Of a DNA stretch of 64,000 nucleotides, positions 12,937 to 23,704 are shown piece after piece. The notes under the pieces are model-generated. The model was not told the origin of the DNA. It made no database searches and was given only the letters and a program-made list of their open reading frames with translations. This stretch comes from Okamejei kenojei (taxonomy: Eukaryota), in NCBI GenBank assembly GCA_035221665.1, contig CM069139.1, positions 30,070,001-30,134,000 of the forward strand. Direction: 5' to 3'. Numbering within the stretch: the stretch's first letter is position 1; each line of letters starts with the position of its first letter. A program made the position numbers and the translations under genes.

Positions 12937-13554
12937 CTGCAAAGGTGTTTTTTAAGATGTGTCCATTCACAGAGGCATCAGAATGTTGATCAGTTTCTTT
13001 CAATCCAGAAGTTATTTGATGATTACGTTTTTCAGTTATCTGATTACAGTGAAGTTTTCCTTTCATTCTTTCAAATGTTTTGGCAGGGCTTTCGGAGATC
13101 AATTTGGATCCAATGGGTTTTAAGTGAAACTTAATATAACTTTGGTCTAACTTCACAGCTGAGGTTGAAACAGAATCCACTATGTCACTGAGTTCTGGAG
13201 AAATAACATTAAATGTCCCTTCTTTGTCTAACATTGTGGACTGAAGTTGACAATTAACACGAGGCTGTTGTTTAATGTTTAATGATATTAAACCAAATGT
13301 GGTTGGAGGCACAGTATTGGTACCCAATTGAGGCTTTGATGAACCCCTCTGAAGTTTTTGTAATTCTTTTAAAGGGGTACCGTTTGGTATCTGATGAAGA
13401 GGAATTGCTTTCCAAGGTGTTTCTGGTCCACTGTCCATTTCAGCACTTTTGAAAACTTTCTTGGATGGAGTAACAGCCATACCTAAAATATTATTGTTTT
13501 CCTTATCAATTCCAACACTCTTCACAATGGGAAACTTCCATTCGGCATAGGCAT
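12937..13554 (-). CDS. MIS18BP1: MIS18BP1 exon 2 (conserved Met at 13480)
   Basis: TTTACAG acceptor, GTATG donor. MAVTPSK...IPNGTPLKEL...LQSTML...ESPAKTFERMK matches the M18BP1 N-terminal Mis18-binding region. Confidence 0.92.
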
Positions 13555-14084
13555 CTGTAAATAATAAAAATATTGACCTAAAAAACCTAACGTACACATT
13601 TGATAACAAATACATTATCTGTGTCGTACGGAAAAAACATTTTGTTACCTGACAAAATTACCTCATGCTTCCCAAAAATAATTTTGCAGATATTTAGATC
13701 AGGCAATACTTGTAATCGTTAATAAGTACTAAAAAAATCAAATCAAAAATTGCCTCTCTACAAATTGACCAATGAAGACAGACAGATTTATGAGAATGAA
13801 TGAAATGCATGAATCGTCATTCCCAACCTAGAACAGCATAAAGATTATTAGAAATATTATTTTGTTTTTGAATAAGGACAAAAGGACAGTCAGTCCAGTG
13901 AAACTGAAGCCACCCTCAATGGAATGCAGGTAGGCACAAAATGATGGAGTAACTCAGCATTTCTGGTGAGAAGGAATGGGTGATGTTTCGGATGGAGACC
14001 CTTCTTCGGACTGATCAATGGTTTCCTACTCTATGGAACACAATTAATCAGAATTGTATTACTACTTTAACCCAGCAGTTAACC

Positions 14085-14435
14085 CTTCTCTATGGACTGT
14101 AATCTCTGTTCCTTTTTCCCTAAAGGCTCCCAGCTCCCAAGGTTGACCAGCTCCCATTAGCTTCGAAGCATTTGTTCCGATGAGCAGGTCGATGCCAGAG
14201 TCAATTTTACAAATCTTGATCAAGTAAGGCCTTTGTTGGGGTGGGACATTGCAACCTTCACGTGGTCTGCCCTGTTTCGACGAATGCAATCAACCTGGCG
14301 TGCACAATCAAATAAGATCAAATAGAACAAGTTGTCCTACAAGTGTCCTACTATGCATGCCATATGCAAGAAGAAGGCCATTGTTTCAGGTCTTCCTGCT
14401 TAGGATGGTTTAGATCTGAGACAGGCACGGTCTTA
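14085..14435 (-). mobile_element. BEL/Pao pol remnant, split by a short retroposon
   Basis: Minus strand reads PVSDLNHPKQEDLKQWP / PYL...IDSGIDLLIGTNASKLM, typical of the BEL post-protease region. Confidence 0.7.
14238..14373 (+). mobile_element. ~140-bp short retroposon with (AAG)n tail
   Basis: TSD AAGGCC(T/A)TTGTT; a second copy lies at 57899-58037. Confidence 0.8.
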
Positions 14436-14439
14436 TGTA

Positions 14440-15290
14440 GAGACAAGAGACAAGAGACATTTATTGTCATATGCACCAATTGGTGCAGTGAAATGTGTGG
14501 TCACTACACAGCCATACGAATTAAAATAAAGAACACAGAACACTAAGTCCTTAACATAAACATCCTCACACAGCGGTATCAAAGTCTCCCACTGTGCGGG
14601 AAGGCCCAAAGTTCAGTCATGCTCCTCTTTGATGTACTTTATTGTACACCCGCGGTTAGGGCTTCCCGAGCCCCCACTGTCGCCGCTACGGGCGTCCCGA
14701 TGTTCAGGCCCGCTTGCCGGGATGATGGAAGTCCGACGTCGGAACGGGAGAACAACCTCAGCGGACCTCCGAATCGGCCACTTCTTACTAGAGTCCACGG
14801 TTCCCGAAGTCCACAGGCCGCACTGGGCGTAGATTCACACTGGCGACCACCGGCGAGAGGTCCCAGGGCTCCGTGATGTTGAAGTCAGCGCCGCCCACGT
14901 TGGGAGCTCCGCGAACCACAGCTCCGCGATGTTGATGCAGCAGGCCCAACACTCCAGAGCCTCAAACGGCGATCCAGGTAAGGCATCGCCCGCTCCGTGG
15001 TGAATCCGGCACTGCGCCGCCGCTGCTGAAGCTCTGGTCTGGTCCCTGGCAGGAAAGGCAGCTCCAATCCAGGTGGTAGGCCGCGAGGAGGGGGGGCGAG
15101 GATGCGACTCGGAGAATAGTAGCATCTCGCCAGGAAGAGACTGGAAAACAGTTTCCCCCTTACCCTAACCCCCTCCCCCACATAGAAATACTAAAAAAAG
15201 GCCTCCAAACATACTTTTAACAAACTTTTTTTTTTTTTTAAAGATAGAAAAACAGACTGTAGGCAGAGGCTGCCATCATGCAGCGGCCCT
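14440..15290 (-). mobile_element. Non-autonomous LINE-derived element (Rex1-like 5' and 3' ends)
   Basis: AATAAA + (TCTTGTC)n tail at ~14440, GC-rich body, GATGGCAGCC-type 5' end. Confidence 0.55.
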
Positions 15291-15332
15291 AGTGGCCAAA
15301 CCAGAACCGTATAAAATCATCTTTGCCCAGAT

Positions 15333-15695
15333 TTCCTTCTTCAGGCTGATGCAGGATGGGGGGGGGGGGGGGGGGCAGGAAGAAGAAAGGAAGAGGAGGA
15401 GCCAGAGGGCTGAGGGAGAGCTGAGAAGGGGAGGAGACAGCAAGGGCTACCGGAAATTGGAGAAGTCAATGTTCAAGCCGCTGGGATGCAGACTGCCCAA
15501 GCGGAATATGCTCCTTCAATTTCCGGTGGTGCTCACTCTGGCAATGGAGGAGGCCCAGGACAGAAAGGTTGGATTTGGATTGGGAAGGGGTGTTGAAATG
15601 CTGAGCCACAGGGAGATCAGGTTGGTTAATGCAGACCGAGCGGAGGTGTTCGGCGAAACAATCGGCAAGCCTACGCTTGGTCTCACCGATGTAGA
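15333..15695 (-). mobile_element. Penelope-like GIY-YIG 3' fragment
   Basis: Homologous to 39360-39665. Confidence 0.85.
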
Positions 15696-16197
15696 TCCGC
15701 TGACATCTAGACCCATGGATGCATTTTGAATGTATGTATTATCTCTGTAGCTAAGCCTTTTAAAATCAGAGGCTGTAAACCATAAGGTTCGAGATCATAT
15801 TTCAATCTTTCTAATTTGTCCTGTGCTATTTTATTACTGATACTAGTTTGCTTAAGTTTCACATTCTCCCTAGACACCTCATAGCTGGCTTGTGAAAAAT
15901 TGAATTAAATTTGTATAATAAGAAAAAGGAAGTGACTGGGAAACGGTTTCCCACTTACCCTATCCCTCTCCCCTACTTAGAAATACTAAAAAAAAGTTCT
16001 CCAAACATACTTTTAACAAACTAAAACATTTAAAAACGATAGAAAAACGAACAGACTGTAGGCAGAGGCTGCCATCATGCGGCGCCCCTAGTGGCCAAAT
16101 CAGAACCGTATAAAATTGTCTTTGTCCAGACTAAATATTTCCCAACCTGAGATATGACTGAACACAGACTTCTCTTCATTTAGGGTACGCAAGAGAA

Positions 16198-18010
16198 TAG
16201 AAGCATAGAAACATAGAAAATAGGTGCAGGAGTAGGCCATTCGGCCCATCGAGCCTGCACCGCCATTCAATATGATCATGGCTGATCATCGAACTCAGTA
16301 TCCTGTACCTACCTTCTCTCCATGCCCCCTTTAGCCACAAGGGCCACATCTAACTCCCTCTTAAATATAGCCAATGAACTGGCCTCAACTACATTCTGTC
16401 GCAGAGAATTCCACAGAATCACACTCTCTGTGTGAAAAATGATTTTCTCATCTCGGTCCTAAACGACTTCCCTCTTATTCTTAAACTGTGACCCTTGTTC
16501 TGGACTTCCCAACATCGGGAACAATCTTCCTGCATCTAGCCTGTCCAAGCCTTTAAGAATTTTGTAAGTCTCAATAAGATTCCCCCACAATCTTATAAAT
16601 TCCAGCGAGTACAAGCTGAGTCTATCCAGTCTTTCATCATATGCAAGACCTGCCATCCCAGGAATCAGGCTGGTGAACCTTCTCTGTACTCTCTCTATGG
16701 CAAGAATGTCGTTCCTCAGATTAGGAGACCAAAACTGTACGCAATACACCAGGTGTGGCCTCACTAAGACCCTGTACAACTGCAGTGCTCTTGTACTCAA
16801 ATCCTTTCGCTATGAATGCCAACATACCATTCGCTTTCTTCACTGCCTGCTGCACCTGCATGCCTACTTTCAATGACTGGTATACCATGACACCCAGGTC
16901 TCGTTGCATCTCCCCTTTGCCTAATCGGCCACCATTCAGATAATAGTCCTTTCCTGTTTTTGCCACCGAAGTGGATAACCTCACATTTATCCAGATTATA
17001 CTGCATCTGCCATGCATTTGCCCACTCACCCAACCTATCCAAGTCACCTTGCAGCTTCCTAGCATCCTCCTCACAGCTAACACTGCCCCCCAGCTTCGTG
17101 TCATCCGCAAACCTGGAGATGTTGCATTCAATTCCCTCATCCAGATCCTTAATATATATTGTAAATAGCTGTGGTCCCAGCACTGAGCCTTGCGGTACCC
17201 CACTTAGTCACTGCCTGCCATTCTGAAAAGGACCCGTGTAATCCTACTCTTTGCTTCCTGTCTGCCAGCCAGTTCTCTATCCACATCAATACTGAACCCC
17301 CAATACTGTGTGCTTTAAGTTTGTATACTAATCTCTTATGTGGGACCTTGTCGAAAGCGTTCAGAAATCCAGATATAACACATCCACTGGTTCTCCCTTA
17401 TCCACTCTACAAGTTGCATCCTCGAAAAATTCTATAAGATTCGTCAGACATGATTTACATTTCATAAATCCATGCTGACTTTGTCCAATGATTTCACCAC
17501 TTTCCAAATATGATGCTATCCCATCTTTAATAACTGACTCTAGCATTTTCCCCACTACTGATGTTAGACTAACTGGTCTGTCATTCCCCGTTTTCTCTCT
17601 CCCTCACTTTTTAAAAAGTGGGGTTACATTAGCTACCCTCCAATCCTCAGGAACTACTCCAGAATCTAAAGAGTTTTGAAAAATTATCACTAATACATTC
17701 ACTATTTCTGGGGCTACTTCCTTAAGTACTCTGGGATGCAGCCTATGTAGCCCTGGGGATTTATCAGCCTTTAATCCATTCAATTTACCCAACACCACTT
17801 CCCGGCTGACCTGGATTTCACTCAGTTCCTCCATCTCATTTGACTCCCGGTCCCCTGCTATTTTCGGTAGATCATTTATGTCTTATTTAGTGAACACAGA
17901 ACCAAAGTAGTTATTCAATTTGTCTGCCATGTCCTTGTTCCCCATGATCAATTCACCAGTTTCTGACTGCGAGGGACCTACATTTGTTTTAACTAACCTT
18001 TTTCTCTTCA
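16198..18010 (-). mobile_element. CR1 LINE, 5'-truncated
   Basis: DWRVANVTPLFKK, QHGFMK, FADDTK motifs; (TTTCTATG)n tail. Confidence 0.93.
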
Positions 18011-18159
18011 TTTGTTTTAACTAACCTTTTTATCTTCAACAGATGGCAGTGGAGGCCAAGTCAGTGGATAAGGCAGAGATTTGCATATTCTCTGAAATTT
18101 ATGGTGAGGTCGGAGTAGGGACTTTTTTTACCGACTCCGACAGCACCAAAATTGCTTCA

Positions 18160-18430
18160 CGAATCTTAGTCTTTTGTCCTGTAATGTTCAGCCTTCTCAT
18201 CAAGCCCTCTGAGCAACAGATAGTTGAACTTCCATGATCCAAAAAAGCATAGGCTTGCAACACCGTGTCCTCCTTGCGGCTCTTTACCTGTACTGGTAAG
18301 ATGGAGAAGATACAGATTTCTTCATCGACCCCAATGTACGCACTCATACCAGATGAGGAAACAGCATCACTCACAGTTGGCTTCTGCTTCTGTTCTGTAT
18401 GCTTCGACTTCTTCTCTGTGTTCTTCTGTT
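18160..18430 (-). mobile_element. BEL/Pao aspartic protease remnant
   Basis: CIFSILPVQVKS...QAYAFLDHGSS.ICCSEGLMRRLNITG (ORF 18099..18446). Confidence 0.8.
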
Positions 18431-18964
18431 CAGGGCTGTGGAGCAATTTTGGTGCTGCTGGAGTCGGAGTCGGTAAAAGAAAGTCCCTACTCCGACCTCA
18501 CTATAAATTTCAGAGACTACGCAAATCTCTGCCTTATCCACTAACTTGGCCTCCGCCGCCATCTGTGGCAAAGAATTCCACAAATTCACCACCCTCTGAC
18601 TAAAGAAATTCCATGTCATCTCATTCCTAAAGGAACGTCCTTTAATTCTGAGGCTATGACCTCTAGTCCTAGACTCACCCACAAGTAGGAACAGAATTAG
18701 GCCATTCGGCCCATAATGTCTACACTGCCATTCAATCATGACTGATCTATCTTTCCCCCCTTCTCCCCATAATCCCTGACACAGTACTAACCAATTTTAC
18801 TTTAGTACCATCTGTAAACTTGCTAATCATGCCGTGTATGTTCTCAAGATGAATATATGGTAATAAAGCTAAACGGAACAGAATCAAGGAATGCTGACCA
18901 TATACCTCGGTCCACATGACGATAAACTAAACTCCTCCGAAAAAGAAATAAGTTTAACAAGCAT

Positions 18965-19440
18965 TAAAAAATTGCAGCAAATTGTGGACGCAGCCCAGAC
19001 CATCACACAAACCAACCTCCCTTCCATTGACTATTTATACCTCACGCTGCCTCAGCAAGGCCAGCAGCATAATCAAGGATGAGTCTCACCCTGGCCACTC
19101 CCTCTTCTCCCCTCTCCCATCAAGCACAAAGTACAGAAGTGTGAAAACGCACACCTCCATATTCAGGGACAGTTTCTTCCCAGCTGTTATCAGGCAACTG
19201 AACCATCCTACCACAGCCACAGAGCAGTGCTGAACTACTATCTACCACTTTGGTGACCCTCGGACTATCCTTGATTGGACTTTGCTGGTTTTACTTTGCA
19301 TTAAACGTTATCCCCTTATCATGTATCTGTACACTGCAAATGGCTCGATTGTAATCATGTATTGTCTTTCCGCTGACTGGTTAGCATGCAACAAAAGTCT
19401 TTCACTGTACCTCGGTGACAATAAATTAAACTGAACTGAA
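18965..19440 (+). mobile_element. Rex1/Babar-like LINE 3' end
   Basis: SIIKDESHPGHSLFSPLPS...FRDSFFPAVIRQLN; (ACTGA)n tail. Confidence 0.8.
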
Positions 19441-19444
19441 ACTG

Positions 19445-19632
19445 AAGATAGACAAAATGCTGGAGTAACTCAGCAGGACAGGCAGCATCTCTGGAGAGAA
19501 AGGAATCTGAAGGGTCTCGACCCGAAACGTCACCCATTCCTTCTATCCAGAGATGCTGCCTGTCCCGCTGAGTTTCTCCAACATTTTGTGTCTATCTTCG
19601 GTTTAAACCAGCATCTGCAGTTCCTTCCTACA
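19445..19632. mobile_element. Penelope pLTR-derived inverted short element
   Basis: Head-to-head copies of the GCTGGAGTAACTCAGC.GG.CAGGCAGCATCT segment around a partial hammerhead core. Confidence 0.7.
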
Positions 19633-19944
19633 CATAAATTGAAACTGAACTTAACTACTGGAAACTTTACAAATCCCAGCTTGTTCATTAAGGATGTACG
19701 GGGTGATGTTATCTCACCCTTACATAATGCTAAGCCTCAGCAGTGAAATCTGCACTGTTAGTTAAGGGTGGATCATAAATGGCAATGACACCATCACACC
19801 CACAACCCCACAAATGATGACATCTTTAAAATATGTCCAACCGCTGCCATCTGCCGTCTAATCTCACACATTGCCATGCCGATAAAACCCTGTTGCTGCA
19901 AAGCAACTACACAGAGAGAGAGAACCAGCACATGGAATCATATA

Positions 19945-20480
19945 AGGCTGGGTAAGGCTTCATTTGGAGTATTGTGAGTAATTCTGGGCACTATATCTGA
20001 GGAATGATATGCTGGCTCTGGAGAGGGTCCAGAGGAGGTTTACAAGGATGATCCGAGGAATTAGTTTGTTGATCTATGAAGAGCATTTGTCGGCACTGTA
20101 CTCGCTGGAGTTTAGAACAATGAGGGGGCACCTCATTGAAACATACAGAATAGTGAAAGGCTCGGATAGAGTGGATGTGGAGAGGATGTTTCCACTAGTG
20201 GGAGAGTCTAGGTCATAGCCTCAGAATTAAAGGACGTTCTTTAAGGAAGAAGATGAGGTGGAATTTCTTTAGTCAGAGGGTGGTGAATCTGTGGTATTTA
20301 TTGCCACAGAAGTCAGTGGATATTTTTAAGGCAGAGATAGATTCTTGATTAGTACGGGTGTCAGGGGTTATGGGAAGAAGGCAGGAGAATGTGATTAAGA
20401 GGGAGAGATAGATCAGAGACGATTGAATGGCAGAGTAGACATGATGGGCCGAATGGCTTAATTCTATTCCGAACACTTAT
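19945..20480 (+). mobile_element. CR1 LINE 3' fragment
   Basis: LERVQRRFTRMI...MFPLVGESR. Confidence 0.88.
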
Positions 20481-20559
20481 GACATATATATTGATGCATG
20501 AATATAAATATCAGTTATTATAGAACAGAATATAGCAAATTGTTGTAGAATATAGCCTT

Positions 20560-22045
20560 TGTTATAGAATAGAATAGAGCATAGCACAGAAACGGGCCCT
20601 TCGGCCCACAATGTCCGCGATGAACATGATGCAAATAACATCCAATTTATCCAATAACATTTTATTCAGTGTTTTTTCTTAGTCATAAAGCATGGAAAGA
20701 AGCCCTTCGGCCCACCTTGCCCACCCTTTACAGCTTGAAAACATCTTTCCTATAATACGGTGACCAAAACTGAACCCAATACTCTACTCAATGCTTTGAC
20801 TGATGAAGGCCAATGTACCATAAGCCTTCTTGACTACCCTGTCTACCTGAGGCGCCACTTTCAAGGAGCCATGTACCTGCAATTGCATTTAGATCACAAA
20901 AATAACCTGTTTTAAAAAACACAGCCGGCATCTCTCACACACGCGAACATTAGGCCAATTATCTGCAATAATTATATCCCTTGGTTCTTGATTCTCCTAC
21001 TATGGGTGAAAGTCTCTGTGCATTTACCCTATCAACTCCATTCATGATCTTATACACCACTATATCCTGCACTCCAAGGAATAAAGTTTTAGCCTGCCCA
21101 ACGCTCTTTATAGTTTAGGCCCTCAAGGCCCGGCAACAACCTCATAAATCTTCTCTGCATTCTTTCCAGCTTAATAGCATCCTTCCTACAGCAGGGTGAC
21201 ACAAACTGATCACAATATTCCAAATGCGGCCTAACCAAGGTGTTGTACAGCTGTATGATGTCATCCTAACTTCTATATTCAAGACCCGTACTAATGAAGG
21301 CCAATGTACCAAAACCCTTCTTGACTCCCTATCTGTCGTGATGTCACTTTCAAGGAACTATGTACCTGCACTTGTGGATCCCTCTGCTCTATAACCCTCT
21401 CCATGGCCTTGCCATTCATTGTGAAGGTCCTGCCCTGTGTTACACACCTCACACTTAACGAGCATTAAACTCCATTAATCATTCCTTAGACTATCTGCTC
21501 AAGATCCTGCTGTAATTTCTGATAACCATCTTCCCTTCTACAATTCCACCCACTTTAATGTCATCTGCAAACTTACTAATCATGCCTTCTACATTCTCAT
21601 CCAAATTATCGATATAATCAAACAGCAATTGGTGCTATCCCTGAGGGACACCACAAGTCACAGGCATCCAGTCCGAAAAATAACCTTCCACCATCACCCT
21701 CTGCTTCCTTCCATGAAGCCAATTCCCTATCCAGTCGGCTGGCTCTGCCTGGATCCCATGCAATCTAATTTTCTAGAGCAGCCTATTATGCAGACAACGT
21801 CTACGGCTTTGCCCTCGTCAACCTTTTTGGTTATGACTTCAAAAATCTCAGGTTCGTAAGACATGATCTCACGAAACCATACTGATGATCCAAATGCATG
21901 TATATCATATCCCTCATAATACTCTCCAGTAACCTGCCTACCAGATTTTAGGCTCACAGGTCTACAGTTCCCAGGGTTTCCTTACATCCCGTCTAAAATA
22001 GAGGTACAACATTAGCTGCCCTCCAGACCTCCGGTACCTCACCCA
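20560..22045 (-). mobile_element. Degraded CR1 fragments
   Basis: KKVDEGKAVDVV, KFADD and CR1 3'-end motifs. Confidence 0.75.
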
Positions 22046-23154
22046 TGATTTATTCTCCTTGGATCTTGTTTGTCTCAATTAATTCACCTTGTTATACTAA
22101 ATTTGAGCATAGACAAAATACTGGTGCTCTCATTTAAAGGGAGAACATGTCAAGAGTCATTTTTCCAAAATTCAATTGAGAATCTAAAATCGAGTAAATT
22201 AGATGACAATGAGAGACAACTTTCTGGCTAAAAAATGTTTCATTGAATACAGATTCCCCAACAAAGTAATTTACTATTTTAAAAGTTGATGTTAAATTCA
22301 TCATTAACCAGTGCATTTGAAGGGGTAGTTTATATATCTTTTTCCTAGTTTTTAATCTCTAGTTGTTATGGTTCAACGAATTGTTGGTTATAAAAATACA
22401 ATTTCTGTTTGTTTACTGGAGAGGCCATGGGAATAACCGAATAGGAGACGAATCAGGTCTTCGTATTAATGGACGGGACAATTCCGAAGTTGTCCAAAGC
22501 CGTCAAGTAACCCACCGACTAAGTGTCATGGGGAGGGGAGTCTCCTGATGCCGGACTGGGGCACAAAAAGCTTGTGGACGGGCAAGCAATACAGGCTAAC
22601 TGATGATGCAGACTTTACTCCAGCTATTTCCCCGACATGCTGACACAAAATGCTGGAATAATTCAGCGGGTCAGACAGCATCTCTGAAAAAAATGGATCG
22701 GTGATATTTCGGGTCGGTAATCTTCTTCGGTCTGATTGTAGTAGGAAGAGTGGGGGAAATAATGTAAGCGAAGGGAAAACAAATTGGACAGAGTTTGCGC
22801 ACGGGCAAGCGGTTCAGGTCAATCCAGCTACCTCCCCGACGGTAACTAATGTGGAGAAAGGAACTGCAGATGCTGGCCGACACCGAAGATAGACACAAAA
22901 TGCTGGAGTAACTCCGCGGGACAGGCGGCATATCTGGAGAGAAGGAATGGGTGACGATTCGGGTCGAGACTGAGATTCAGGGAGAGGGAGACACTAGAGA
23001 TATGGTGTGAGAGCGAGTGAGCCGTCGGTTAAAATCTGTCACGAGCCCGGGAACTACCCATCCCGTTTGTCACCGCATTGTCCCTACGTGTCGTGCGATG
23101 GGCACCGCGCCCGGGATGGAACCGCGCCGTCAACGCATTCGCATTCGCACTCAC

Positions 23155-23167
23155 CCGCCGCCGCCAT
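23155..23167 (-). CDS. MIS18BP1: Putative MIS18BP1 exon 1 coding part (ATG GCG GCG GCG G)
   Basis: aaATGG Kozak context in the CpG island, consensus G|GTGAGT donor. Phase 1 joins exon 2 in frame (MAAAD-AYAEWKF...). Confidence 0.62.
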
Positions 23168-23264
23168 TTCAAACACGCCGCGAGCCGTTAATTTCGAATC
23201 CGGCGTCTCGCCGCTGATTGGTCCGCGTGCCCATGACGCCATCTTCCTGCGACCATGTGCCGAC

Positions 23265-23301
23265 CAAAGATCCTTTAGCAAGTTCCGCTGCAGGATCTTT
23301 G
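23265..23301. mobile_element. 37-bp TIR-only remnant of the CAAAGATC family
   Basis: Perfect 8-bp TSD GTGCCGAC at 23257-64 and 23302-09. Confidence 0.88.
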
Positions 23302-23346
23302 GTGCCGACTTGAAAGAAAGGGTTGCTCTCTTCACTCGACGGTCTG

Positions 23347-23366
23347 CAAAGATGCTATGATCTTTG
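23347..23366. mobile_element. 20-bp TIR-only remnant of the CAAAGATC family
   Basis: CAAAGATGCTATGATCTTTG flanked by ACGGTCTG / ATGGTCTG (one CpG-type difference). Confidence 0.78.
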
Positions 23367-23500
23367 ATGGTCTGTGCCTCTCTTTAAAAGAAAATACCCA
23401 GTTTACTAGAATTGTGTTGGAAGGTGATGAAAACAGACACGGTAGTGGGGTTTAAGGGACATTTAGACAGGCATTTTGCACTGTTAATGTTTGTTTTTAA

Positions 23501-23554
<54 letters not shown>
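23501..23554. repeat. (TG)n(TA)n microsatellite
   Basis: Read directly. Confidence 0.97.
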
Positions 23555-23557
<3 letters not shown>

Positions 23558-23704
23558 CTATCTGGGACGTATGACACTTGCCATATCAAACACTCTTGAC
23601 TTGACTCGTGGCATTTTGGTTATACAAGGATTGAATGGATATGGATCATGTGCAAGCATATGTTTAATACATTTGGCACCATGTTCTGCACATGTATTAA
23701 GGCC

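Larger units (their letters stand above)
23005..23310. promoter_or_regulatory. CpG-island promoter between divergent MIS18BP1 and F-box/LRR genes
   Basis: CpG-dense non-repeat stretch. On the minus strand: YY1-like AAGATGGCG (23237-23245), CCAAT box (23217-23221), CHR-like TTCGAA (23193-23198) and TTTGAA (23168-23173). Confidence 0.75.

Noticed and set aside
13522-13554. Short ORF MPMPNGSFPL* at the start of exon 2
   Set aside because: Out of frame and unsupported; relevant only if exon 1 is non-coding.
16078-16096. CTCF-like GGCCACTAGGGGCGCC
   Set aside because: One base short of the core spacing and at a repeat end.
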